The translations under genes were made by a program, and so were the position numbers. From assembly GCA_965214605.1 (NCBI GenBank), contig OZ243961.1:2016001-2080000 (forward strand): a stretch of 64,000 nt of DNA, written 5' to 3'. The notes below the pieces were generated by a model. It saw only the letters and a list, made by a program, of their open reading frames with translations, was not told where the DNA came from and searched no databases. This DNA is from an uncultured Candidatus Binatia bacterium. Its GTDB lineage: Bacteria > Desulfobacterota > Binatia > Bin18. This document shows positions 20,774 through 30,170 of this stretch, piece by piece (the first letter of the stretch is position 1; each line of letters starts with the position of its first letter).

Positions 20774-21754
20774 TTATAAGCCGGACAGGCTCACCCCTCT
20801 TCGGGGCGTGAGCCTGTCCCGTTCTCGTGCTTCCGCCAGCGTCCGCGCCTGCGGGATACGACCGCTGTTTACAATGTACACCCCAAGACATACGCCCGCC
20901 ACGCCGACGAGTTGGACGACTCCCATGCGCTCACCGAGCAGCAGCCAACCGTAGAACACAGCGAACACGGGCGACAGAAAGGTCAGTGCCGCCACCCGGG
21001 TTGCCGAGTTGCGCTGGATAAGCCAGGCATAGGCGACGAAGCCAAAGGCGGCTGAAACAATCCCCAGATACAGGATTGACGCGACCGCGCGTCCGGAAAA
21101 AACAAATGCGGCGCCTGGCTCCCAGAGCCACGAACACAGCCCCAGCAAGGGCCACGACATCCAGGATTGCCAACAGATTAGGGCTACCGGAGAGATTCGT
21201 CCGGCTACCCGCTTGATCATCACGCCGGAAACAGCGGTTGCTATCGCGCCGCTCAGCACGATGGCATCGCCGATGAGTGTCGCCGTTATTCCGCCCCCAA
21301 GCTTGGCCAAGAATAGGATAATCAGGCCGATAAAGGCCAGCCCCAAGCCAAACAGTTTACGCAGGGTGAGGTGATCACCAGGAAGAAAATACGGTGCCAA
21401 CAGGGCCAAGAAAATCGGCTGGGCGTAGAAGAACACCGCTGCTCGGCCCGAAGTCGTCCGCGACGTGCCGACGTAGGCGGCTACATTCGTGTAAAAAAAC
21501 AACAGGCCTAGAACCACCAGAAGCGTGGCTTCGGCTCGTCCAAAGCGCAGCGGGATCCGCTTGTAGTGGGCCCAGCCGGTCAGCACCAGACTGGTCAGCA
21601 AAAAGCGCAGCGCTCCGGCGCCCAGCGGAGGCATATCCATCGTTCCGACTTTGATGGCGACAAAGGCGCCACCCCAGATCGCGCACAGTAAGATCGTGAG
21701 GGCAACGGCAAACAGCCCGAGGGGGGAGTCGGTTGCCCGGCTGTTGTGTGGCAT
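20774..21754 (-). CDS. DMT/EamA family transporter
   Basis: About 10 TM helices, IWGGAFVAIK, LLLGE duplicated EamA pattern. Confidence 0.92.
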   Translation of the reverse strand: MPHNSRATDSPLGLFAVALTILLCAIWGGAFVAIKVGTMDMPPLGAGALRFLLTSLVLTGWAHYKRIPLRFGRAEATLLVVLGLLFFYTNVAAYVGTSRTTSGRAAVFFYAQPIFLALLAPYFLPGDHLTLRKLFGLGLAFIGLIILFLAKLGGGITATLIGDAIVLSGAIATAVSGVMIKRVAGRISPVALICWQSWMSWPLLGLCSWLWEPGAAFVFSGRAVASILYLGIVSAAFGFVAYAWLIQRNSATRVAALTFLSPVFAVFYGWLLLGERMGVVQLVGVAGVCLGVYIVNSGRIPQARTLAEARERDRLTPRRGVSLSGL

Positions 21755-21789
21755 TGGGTGACTGCTGATTCTGGGCTAATCCGGCTCGT

Positions 21790-23727
21790 TCACCTTTTCC
21801 TGGCTGCGGCAGACCGGCGCCACGAGGCCCGTTCGGCCGCGGCTAGGCGTCGCGCATCGCGCGGAGTATCGGTGACCACGGTGAGGTAGAACTCACACAT
21901 CTCATCAGTCGATTGCCACCCCCAACCAATACGTTGGGGCGGAGAGTTGGGGTTGTCGGAGTTGTCGGCTGAATTGTCATACGTAAACCAGGCATCAATC
22001 CGACTGCCGGCCGGGAGGCGGAGTGGCTGGCGAAAGGTGTAAATACTCTGCCACCGAAAATCCCAGTCTGGAATGTGGAGCAGGGGAAGGGTCTGACCGT
22101 CCGGCAGCGTCGCTACGGCTTGTACGGCTTTGCCGACGTAGTGCATGTGCGGCTGGATACCGAACAGCATCATAGCAACCGGAACGTGTAGCTGGAGATG
22201 GCGTTGGTAGTCGGCCTCACCCGCGCTGATGTCCACGTCGAGCGTGCGCATGGCTAGGGTTTGCACACTTCTTTGAATCGATTTCTTGGCAAAATACAGC
22301 CCAACGGCGCTGCGGTCGGTCGTAGGTTTTCCGCTCAGATGATAATGAATTTCTATCAGGAGGTCGCCGCCACGACCGAGCGGCACCCCAACGCCTTGGG
22401 GTAAGTATCGAGCCATACTCCCCGGCGCCCAGCCACCAATAGCCTGTGTACCTCGGGGCAGACCCGCAGAGTTGTTGAACAGCGAGAAGCCCGGCTCGTC
22501 GTCCTGAGCGTCCTGAGCACGTGCCCAGCCGCTGTAATCCATGTAGGTAATATTGTGATGGACGACAGTCGGATCACCAGGCTTAAAATCAAAGGCCACC
22601 AAGTGCCTATCCTGGGCCAAGACATTCGGTACAACGAAGTAGCGATACACGTCTCGACCTGTCGCCGGAACGGGATAGGGTTCAGGAAGGGACACAACCA
22701 TGTCCGGCTCGCCAAGCGGCCAGTCTGAGGGGTGGGCGGGCAGTAGCGGAAGCGCATCTGCTGTCTGTCCGTGTGACGCTCCAGCCTCTGCCCAGGCGGA
22801 CAGCAGGTCAATTTGCCGTTGGGTCAGACGCCGTTCGTTCTGAAAATGGCCGAAGCCCGGCTCCGCATACCAGGGTGGCATGCGGCGTTCGGCAGTGACG
22901 AGGGCGATCATCCGGGCGCGTTGTTTGACCTTTTCATAGGAATCTAAGGCAAACGGACCGATCCGCCCCTGGCTATGACACTCAACACAGTTGGCGTGCA
23001 CTATCGGAGCAATATCGCGCGTGTAGGTCACCCGCGGCAGCCGCATGTCACTCCACGCTTCAAAAATACAACCCACCGCAGGAGTGGCCTCGCCCGTTGG
23101 CCTGTGGCCGGCAGCGACCTTGGTGATGGCGTCTCTCAGATCGTGCGCCGTTATCGTCTGACGGAGCTTCCCGAGTGCGGCGAAGCGGTTGTCGATACGC
23201 CCCCGGTAGACGATACGGTCTGAGGGAGCAATCACAAAGACCTCGGGAACTACCTTGGGACGGAGCGTCAGGGCCAGATCGCCCGAACCGTCAAACAGAA
23301 GGGGATAGCGGATCTCGTGCTGCTCGCGGAACTGTCTGGCCTCTTGGGGCGTGGTCCGAGGATGGGAAATAACCCCATAAAAATCGAGCTGAGCCTGGCT
23401 GGCTTGACGGAAAAGGGCGTTCAAATCCGGTGCGTACCGGGTTGAGATTGGGCATTCAATGTCGAGGAAGACAAGGACAAGCGGGCGTACGGTCTCGTCA
23501 AGGCCGAGTACATGGATCCGTCCGTCAAGGCCGAGGCTGCGTCGTCCAATCAGACCGGCCGGCCCGCCCGTGGTCGGCAGTTCGGTGTCAGCAGGGGGCA
23601 GCAGGGGGCCCTGAGTCACAGCGGTTTTACCGGCCGCGGCAGCAGGCCGCCCAGCGGCCATACTAAAAACAGCCCACACCATGAGGCACCCGCCGATGAG
23701 CAGCAACACTCCTGTTCTCTTCTTCAT
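21790..23727 (-). CDS. Redoxin + cytochrome c + copper type II ascorbate-dependent monooxygenase-like protein
   Basis: Signal peptide; ECPIS...YRGRIDN..GC; CVECH; MPPW; VVHH, IHYH, PHMH, DEMC copper-ligand pattern. Confidence 0.85.
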   Translation of the reverse strand: MKKRTGVLLLIGGCLMVWAVFSMAAGRPAAAAGKTAVTQGPLLPPADTELPTTGGPAGLIGRRSLGLDGRIHVLGLDETVRPLVLVFLDIECPISTRYAPDLNALFRQASQAQLDFYGVISHPRTTPQEARQFREQHEIRYPLLFDGSGDLALTLRPKVVPEVFVIAPSDRIVYRGRIDNRFAALGKLRQTITAHDLRDAITKVAAGHRPTGEATPAVGCIFEAWSDMRLPRVTYTRDIAPIVHANCVECHSQGRIGPFALDSYEKVKQRARMIALVTAERRMPPWYAEPGFGHFQNERRLTQRQIDLLSAWAEAGASHGQTADALPLLPAHPSDWPLGEPDMVVSLPEPYPVPATGRDVYRYFVVPNVLAQDRHLVAFDFKPGDPTVVHHNITYMDYSGWARAQDAQDDEPGFSLFNNSAGLPRGTQAIGGWAPGSMARYLPQGVGVPLGRGGDLLIEIHYHLSGKPTTDRSAVGLYFAKKSIQRSVQTLAMRTLDVDISAGEADYQRHLQLHVPVAMMLFGIQPHMHYVGKAVQAVATLPDGQTLPLLHIPDWDFRWQSIYTFRQPLRLPAGSRIDAWFTYDNSADNSDNPNSPPQRIGWGWQSTDEMCEFYLTVVTDTPRDARRLAAAERASWRRSAAARKR

Positions 23728-23769
23728 CAGTCCTTTCCTCCCGAGGTCGGGGAACCCGGCTCAGCTCCT

Positions 23770-24590
23770 GAGCCGGCGTCGGGCAAGATCTACCGCGATT
23801 TCTCCCAACGTGCGCCGACTCACCCCGACGCGACTGTGGGTGTATTCAATCAGCCGCTCGTACATTGGCAAAACCTGCGGGCGACCGCTAGGGGGGACAG
23901 TCATAGCACACCCGGCATCGTATTCCCGGTACACCGGCGGATTGACAAAGCCCTGGGCTGTCGGCCGACTTCTTCATAAACATCATCAATGGCAGGTCAT
24001 CGAGGTACCGGCCGGACGGAGTCCCGACCAGATTCGTCTCTTTGCCGTGCTGCAAAGGTCTCCATCCATTCAGCAGCCGGTTTGGTGCGGTCGCTGTTGG
24101 TCCATCTGTTGTCGACCTGGACGTAGCAGGGATAGAATTCATTGTGCATCAGGCTGGGATCATACGAGAAGCCATGCTTTCATAACAGCTCGTTGGTGAT
24201 GGGCGAGGATTCCCCCCACGGGGCCACCTGGCCGAGCAGTCGTTCGCCCGAGATATGGTCGACTAGCCTAATCCTCCTGAGCCCTGCTCTTCCTGTTGGG
24301 GCGTCATGGCAATCGGATTTTCGTGGGCGTAGCTGCGCGCGCCGGTTTCATATCTAGTCTCGACAACTCATCCGCTTCTGGATCGGGAAAGGTCTCAATC
24401 GAAGGGCCGGATGCAAACCAAGAGGTTTTGATATCGTATTCGGCAAACAGGTCCCTCAAATGCGGCCGACCTCACCGACGAATAGACCGCGGAAATGTCA
24501 TCCGGCGAGTCTTGTCCAGCGTATCAAGCCAGCCGGCCACCGCATCAAGGGCGCTCCCATAGGCAACGCCGTGCTCCTGCCCACAAGTTT
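23770..24590 (-). pseudogene. Decayed polysaccharide deacetylase (HP0310/PgdA-like)
   Basis: Fragments DAVAGWL; LFAEYDIKTSWF..SIETFP; [32 protein letters not shown]; [14 protein letters not shown]. Confidence 0.75.
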
Positions 24591-24639
24591 CAGGAGCTGC
24601 CCAATCACTAGAGCCTAGCGAGACAAGAGTCAAGCTGCG

Positions 24640-25581
24640 CTACTGCACAAACTCATTATGATGGTCCAACCACCACCGGGCAATGTCGAGCCGGCGGGTA
24701 AACCAGACCTTGCCCTTGTCCAGCGCGTATTCAAGGAACTCCCGCAAAGCGGCCGTCCGACCGGCCTGGCCGACCAGGCGCGGATGGAGACCGATCGACA
24801 TCATTTTGGGATACCCAGCCGCCCCCTCGCGCCACAGTTCATCTAGACCGTATTTGCAGGTCTCAAAGAAATCGGTCGGACCGCCGTAGCCCTGGGGCAA
24901 GACGTAGCGCGCGTCGTTATAGGTCAGCGAATACGGCACGATCAGGTGTGGCTCGCCGTTCACCTCGGTAAGGTAGGGCAGATCGTCGTTGTAGGCGTCC
25001 GAGTCGTAGACAAAACCACCCTCTTCGACCAACAGTTGGCGGGTGTTCACGCTTGGTCCGTAACGACAGTACCAGCCCTGGGGACGTTGGCCACAAGTTT
25101 GGTGAAGAGACTCGATGGCCCACTGTATGTGCTGACGTTCTTCCTCACGGTTGAGCAGCCAATGTTCGCTCCAGCGCCAGCCGTGCGAGCATGGCTCATG
25201 GCCGCTGTCTTGAATCCATTGGCCGACTTCGGGATTACGCTCTAGGGCTACCGCACAGGCGAAGAAGGTAACCGGGATCTGATATTCATCAAACAGACGT
25301 AGCAGGCGCCAAATGCCGGCCCGGCTGCCATACTCGTAGACTGACTCGGTACACAGATCACGGTATTTGGGATTCAGGGCGTAGTTAATTTCGGCCAACC
25401 CCTCGTTACGCTGATCGCCCAGCGGTTTGGCGTACTCGGAGCCCTCTTCGTAGTTGACGACTAGATTGACCGCTACATGGGCCTCATCGGGCCACACAAC
25501 TTTTGGCAATGAGCGACCATAACCGACGAAGTCGCGCCTGGGACCTGGAATATCGAGATCTTTGAGTTGTTCGGCTGCCAT
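24640..25581 (-). CDS. PuuE-like allantoinase / polysaccharide deacetylase family protein
   Basis: RRDFVGYG, VVNYEEGSE, YEYGSRAGIWR, HGWRW, YDSDAYNDDLPY, MMSIGLHPR. Confidence 0.9.
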   Translation of the reverse strand: MAAEQLKDLDIPGPRRDFVGYGRSLPKVVWPDEAHVAVNLVVNYEEGSEYAKPLGDQRNEGLAEINYALNPKYRDLCTESVYEYGSRAGIWRLLRLFDEYQIPVTFFACAVALERNPEVGQWIQDSGHEPCSHGWRWSEHWLLNREEERQHIQWAIESLHQTCGQRPQGWYCRYGPSVNTRQLLVEEGGFVYDSDAYNDDLPYLTEVNGEPHLIVPYSLTYNDARYVLPQGYGGPTDFFETCKYGLDELWREGAAGYPKMMSIGLHPRLVGQAGRTAALREFLEYALDKGKVWFTRRLDIARWWLDHHNEFVQ

Positions 25582-25661
25582 AGTTTCTCCTCCTGTACGT
25601 ACGCTAGCTTGACGTTTCCGGCCTGACAAGCCTAAAAGCGTCTGATACGGGAGGCCGAACT

Positions 25662-27011
25662 ATGGCTCACCTTATCTGCTTGAGAATAGCCCTGTGTCTG
25701 ATCACCATCGGTCTCCTGTCCCCGCCCTTGTCGGAGGCAGGACAGGAGCCAACGTCGACCGGATCTCGAAGTTGGCGAACACTGGCCGAACTGACTGAGC
25801 AGGAGCGGTTTGAGTTCGACCCACGGACCCACCTCCCACGCGACTCCCAATATCCCTATATTCCGGCCGAGCGTTACCCGTTTGAGCCGCCCTACACGGC
25901 AGAGGAGATGGGCTTTCGGGCTATGGAGTTCAGCCACTCGCCGCGCTGGTCGTGCAATCTGATTGACGTCAGCGGCAAGCTCACCAGCGAGGGCTATTTA
26001 TTCACCTCCAAACTCTACAGCCCGATCTTCTACGTTCCCAACGCCAAAGGGCTGACCGGCTTTGCCGGAGAGTTGTATGGCACCCTGCCGGGCCAACCCA
26101 CCCGCCAGATTACCGGCCAAGACATCTTTCCGCCCGAGACCTACGGCAATCAGATGATCCTGATCCAGTACCGGACCGACCTAGAGCATCCCACCCGCTG
26201 GGATCTGTTTGTGTACACCGACGGACTGCGTCGCGTCCGCCGCCAGCCCTCTCCGCGACGGGGAGATAAACTTGCCCAAGGGTCGGAAGGATTTGACGAC
26301 GTTTTTGGACGTGACCCATGGGAGTTTGACTGGGAAGTGCTGGGAACGGACGTCCTATACGAAACTATCCGTTTTCCCTCGACCCGTCCAACCATCACCC
26401 TGGCTCGTCCCGACGGCACCTTCTACACGGTTGAAACCAAAGACTTTCTGACCATGGGCAAGCACTATCCGTTTTATACCGCTGAGAACGGAGTTCGGTG
26501 CTGGGTCGTCAAAGCCCAGGTCAAAGAAGAGTGGTTGCCTAACTATTACGCGCCGACGATTGTGTACTGGCTCGATCAGCACTATTTTTATCCGCTGCGT
26601 ATTGAGCAGTACGGCCGCGACGGCAATCTGGCTTTTATTGAAACCCGCTTTGCCGAGCATCTCAACCCGGCCATGGGTGACCAGGGCTATGGCATGCACT
26701 TTAACTACTACTGGGATGTGAGCCTCGACTACATGGGTTACAGCATTCATGACGCCCACGTCATCCGCGAGTGGTCGGAACAGGATCAGAAGGTCTTTTT
26801 TAGTCCTGCCGTTCTGCCCCGGAAGTGGCATTTTGCGCCGCTCAAAAGCCAGGTCGAGGTCACCTCACCTGAACAGTTTTTTCTGCGTCCTCACCTTGAG
26901 CGCGATAAATTTCCCCAGCACCGGAAGATCGAACTGCCGGCCGCCCTCGAAGAGAGGATCAAGGCCCAGGAGGCGGCCGGCTATCTGGTCTTTAGCGATG
27001 AAGACGGCTAG
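25662..27011 (+). CDS. DUF1329-like (LolA-fold) periplasmic protein
   Basis: Signal peptide; LFVYTDGLRRVRRQP..RGD; FDDVFGRDPWEFDW; WVVKA. Confidence 0.75.
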   Translation: MAHLICLRIALCLITIGLLSPPLSEAGQEPTSTGSRSWRTLAELTEQERFEFDPRTHLPRDSQYPYIPAERYPFEPPYTAEEMGFRAMEFSHSPRWSCNLIDVSGKLTSEGYLFTSKLYSPIFYVPNAKGLTGFAGELYGTLPGQPTRQITGQDIFPPETYGNQMILIQYRTDLEHPTRWDLFVYTDGLRRVRRQPSPRRGDKLAQGSEGFDDVFGRDPWEFDWEVLGTDVLYETIRFPSTRPTITLARPDGTFYTVETKDFLTMGKHYPFYTAENGVRCWVVKAQVKEEWLPNYYAPTIVYWLDQHYFYPLRIEQYGRDGNLAFIETRFAEHLNPAMGDQGYGMHFNYYWDVSLDYMGYSIHDAHVIREWSEQDQKVFFSPAVLPRKWHFAPLKSQVEVTSPEQFFLRPHLERDKFPQHRKIELPAALEERIKAQEAAGYLVFSDEDG

Positions 27012-27112
27012 GCTGAGGGGAAGAGGAAAAGCAAAGGTCACAACTGAAACCAGCGTCCACCAATAGCCAGAGGGTGGCCTGGCGAAGCAGAGAGCCCAGC
27101 ACGGCTGACCCT

Positions 27113-28081
27113 TCAGGCCATACCGTCCTCACCCACAAAAATCTGAGCCGGACCTCTGGGCACAATACCGGTCGGGTTGACCCGGCTGATACCGTAATAA
27201 CCGTGTTTGATGTGATAAAAATCCACCGTCTCGGCAATGCCCGGCACTTGGTATAACCGTGTGAGGTAGGCCGATAGGTTCGGATAGTCACAGATCCGAC
27301 GTAGGTTACATCTGAACAACCCGTGATAGGCAATATCAAAACGAATCAGCGTCACAAAAGCTCGCCAGTCGCTCTCGGTGATCCGTTCACCGAGCAAATA
27401 CGAACGGCCATCAAGCCGCTGCTCCAATTCGTCTAAGCAGCTAAACACGTCAGTCACCGCCTCATCGTAAGCGGCTTGAGCCGTCGCAAAGCCGGTCCGG
27501 TATACCCCGTTATTGAGAGCCTCGTACATGCGCTCGTTCAGCCGATCAATCTCCGACCGCAGTGCCACTGGGTAGAAGTTGACCGAAGCGTCGCCATACG
27601 CGTCAAAGGCGCTGTTCAGCATGCGGATGATATCGGCCGACTCATTGTTCACCATGGTATGCTGAACCTTGTCCCATAGTACCGGAACGGTTGTTCGGCC
27701 GGTGAAATGCGGATCAGCCCGAGTGTAGAGCTCATGGATATAGCGGATATTGTACAGTGGGTCAGGAATAGAACCGGGGTGCTCGCCAAACTCCCAGCCC
27801 TCTTTACCCATGGCCGGGAAGGAGATCGATACCGAAATAACGTCTTCGAGTTTCTTGAGCTTGTGGTAGGCCAGGGTTCGACACGCCCAGGGACACACCA
27901 GGGCAACGTACAAATGGTAACGCCCCGGCTCGGCCTTGAATCCGCCCACGCCGGTCGGGCCGGGCGAGCCGTCCGGCGTAACCCAGTTGCGAAAGGGGGA
28001 GTCCTGACGGACAAATCGGCCCTGGGAGTCGGTCGACTTTGACGCTTGCGAATCGTTTATCCATTTTCCGTCAATAAGCAT
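27113..28081 (-). CDS. yqjG: Glutathionyl-hydroquinone reductase (GST Xi class)
   Basis: RYHLYVALVCPWACR, TVPVLWD, NNESADIIRM, NNGVYRTGFA, NPTGIVP. Confidence 0.92.
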   Translation of the reverse strand: MLIDGKWINDSQASKSTDSQGRFVRQDSPFRNWVTPDGSPGPTGVGGFKAEPGRYHLYVALVCPWACRTLAYHKLKKLEDVISVSISFPAMGKEGWEFGEHPGSIPDPLYNIRYIHELYTRADPHFTGRTTVPVLWDKVQHTMVNNESADIIRMLNSAFDAYGDASVNFYPVALRSEIDRLNERMYEALNNGVYRTGFATAQAAYDEAVTDVFSCLDELEQRLDGRSYLLGERITESDWRAFVTLIRFDIAYHGLFRCNLRRICDYPNLSAYLTRLYQVPGIAETVDFYHIKHGYYGISRVNPTGIVPRGPAQIFVGEDGMA

Positions 28082-28120
28082 GCTCGCCTCCTGTCGCTGC
28101 GCTGCGACCCTGGCATTCCT

Positions 28121-28897
28121 CTACAACTCCATAGGCAACACCAGATACTCGTCATAAATAAAGTCGCGGTGCTCGACCAGAGCCGGATCAAGGACGCGGT
28201 TAATATCCGGATCAAGCGCCTCAAAGGCTTTGCGCAGCCCCTCTACCATCGGACATTTGTCCGGCGGCAGGGGCGCGACCAAAGTGGCAAAGGTCGCCCA
28301 GTATATGTCCAGTGCAGTCAGCCTATCGCCGAGCAGAAACCGCCTGCCGGCGGCTTTCTGAGCCTGGACCCGCTCGGACAAGAGGCCTAACACTTCGATT
28401 GTCCGTTTACGGACCTGGGGACCGATGCCGGGCCGATACCCATACTTTGAGCCGAGATACTGGGCGGCTCCAGCGTCCATCGGAAACATGACGTTTGGAT
28501 CAAGCGCCCGATCGACCATGACCAACCGAATGCTCCAGCCAAATCCCAGTTCGCCGCAGATCTCGTGGGCTAGCCCAAACATCAGCGCCCGCTGGGCTGG
28601 GTCTTCGGGAATCAGCTGCGGCTCGGGAGCCAGACGTTCGGCCAGCAACAGAATCTCGGCCCACCCCGAGCGGGCGGGTTCGTTTTCATACACAATCGCC
28701 GGCCCGCTATCGACCCCGGTCCATTCGACCAGAGCCGTGTTGTCGCCACCCGGAACATAGCGCGTTCCCACACAGGGAATCTGCTTGATATAAAAGAAAC
28801 CCTTGGCTGCTTCCCCCCACGGGCTAGGAGCTCCACCGACAAACGCACCACGCAGCCCAGGACTATTCTTCGCCGTCTCGACGTCAACAAATTCCAT
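28121..28897 (-). CDS. Glutathione S-transferase-like protein
   Basis: PSPWGEAAK N-terminus; FLLGDRLTALDIYWATF C-terminal GST N-cap motif. Confidence 0.75.
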   Translation of the reverse strand: MEFVDVETAKNSPGLRGAFVGGAPSPWGEAAKGFFYIKQIPCVGTRYVPGGDNTALVEWTGVDSGPAIVYENEPARSGWAEILLLAERLAPEPQLIPEDPAQRALMFGLAHEICGELGFGWSIRLVMVDRALDPNVMFPMDAGAAQYLGSKYGYRPGIGPQVRKRTIEVLGLLSERVQAQKAAGRRFLLGDRLTALDIYWATFATLVAPLPPDKCPMVEGLRKAFEALDPDINRVLDPALVEHRDFIYDEYLVLPMEL

Positions 28898-28935
28898 ACA
28901 CTTGTCCTCCTCTGTTTTGAGAGCCTGACAATGTT

Positions 28936-30155
28936 TTACATCGCTTGCCTTTTCACCTCAGCCCCATCACGTTGAACTAGAGGGTGCTCATGGCTCTGAA
29001 AGATCTTAAAAATCTGAAACGTATCGGAGCTGCCCAGCTGATAATCAATCAATGCCTGGGCTGTGGTTTGGGGAAACCACTCGGTATTGCCGCGTGGATT
29101 ATGGGTCCGGATGACGGCAGACGAGCAGAAAGGGACGCGTTTGCGGTTGCCCTCATGGAGGTCCGGACATCCAGATAGAGCATCCGGTGACTGTACCGGG
29201 AGATTCTTTGGCCTCATCTCCAGCATATCGGCCTGATGGAGTTTCCACGGGTCGGTCGGATACCACTTGCCACGTCTGGCCAGATTGGCTCGGTCACCTT
29301 GATCAGCCCCGGGGTTTGCACGACCTGCTTGATCAGCTCTTGCCGATTGCAGTCGTACCGATAGCTCGGAGACCCCCAATCGATCTTCGGTCAGCACGAC
29401 TCCGCTACCGGGCAAGACAGAGGGATTATACATAATCTTGGGAGGATGGGCTTTCGGGTCATACGTCCACTGATCGTTGGGCAGCCGGTTATCGCCGCCG
29501 GTCATCGTTGTAGAGCATGCTCAGGACCTGCTTGCCCTCTGAGTCTGAAGGAGCAACCATCACCGTATACGGCTTTGCAGATACCCTGCTTCTGCCACGG
29601 GGCGACATTTTCGTCTGACACAGGGCGCTGCATGCCGTGCTTATAAAGCAAACAGAAAACGCTGTCCATGCTCCACCCTTCCATTGCTATTTGTGCAGTC
29701 TGTTCGAGGCTCACATCAGAGCCGTTCCGCCCTAGTCTCAAGAACGGTGGTTCCAAACCATCTTGAGACTGCCCTTGGGGTCTTGGACCTCAAAAACCGG
29801 GCAGGGCCGACCGGCCACATCATTGTTGACGTCACTCCGGCGGCGTGTTGGAGTTGATAAACGCCTGGCGTAACAGGCTATCGGTCGTTTTTTGGATCGC
29901 GACCGAAAAATCACCCCCCTCGACACAGCACGGATTCTCCGACGGCAGGATATCCTTAACCGCCGCCTAGGCAGTCACGCGTCGAGCGTCATGCCTGGGC
30001 GCGAGCCCCTCGACCTCGGGAAAGCCGTCCCGAGACGGAAAAACCCCGGCCAAGGTCTCAGCCCGGTCGTGGACGTTAGCTTCTCGAGCCGTCAGCACGT
30101 CAATCCCAAGGGTGAAGACGAAAATTCGACGGACGATAGATGATATTTTCAACAT
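28936..30155 (-). pseudogene. Decayed DUF1329-family gene, last gene of the transport operon
   Basis: ATG 30155 directly after the DUF1302-like gene; fragments VAGRPCPVFEVQDPKGSLKMVWNHR and NDQWTYDPK, typical of DUF1329; many stops and frameshifts. Confidence 0.6.
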
Positions 30156-30170
30156 GCGGACAGAGGCTCC

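Noticed and set aside
20785-20817. Hairpin ACAGGCTCAC...GTGAGCCTGT
   Set aside because: Single copy, inside the DMT 3' end, no U-tract; cannot be called a terminator or REP
19839-20954. 371-aa plus-strand ORF and other long antisense ORFs
   Set aside because: Shadow ORFs opposite well-supported genes in GC-rich DNA
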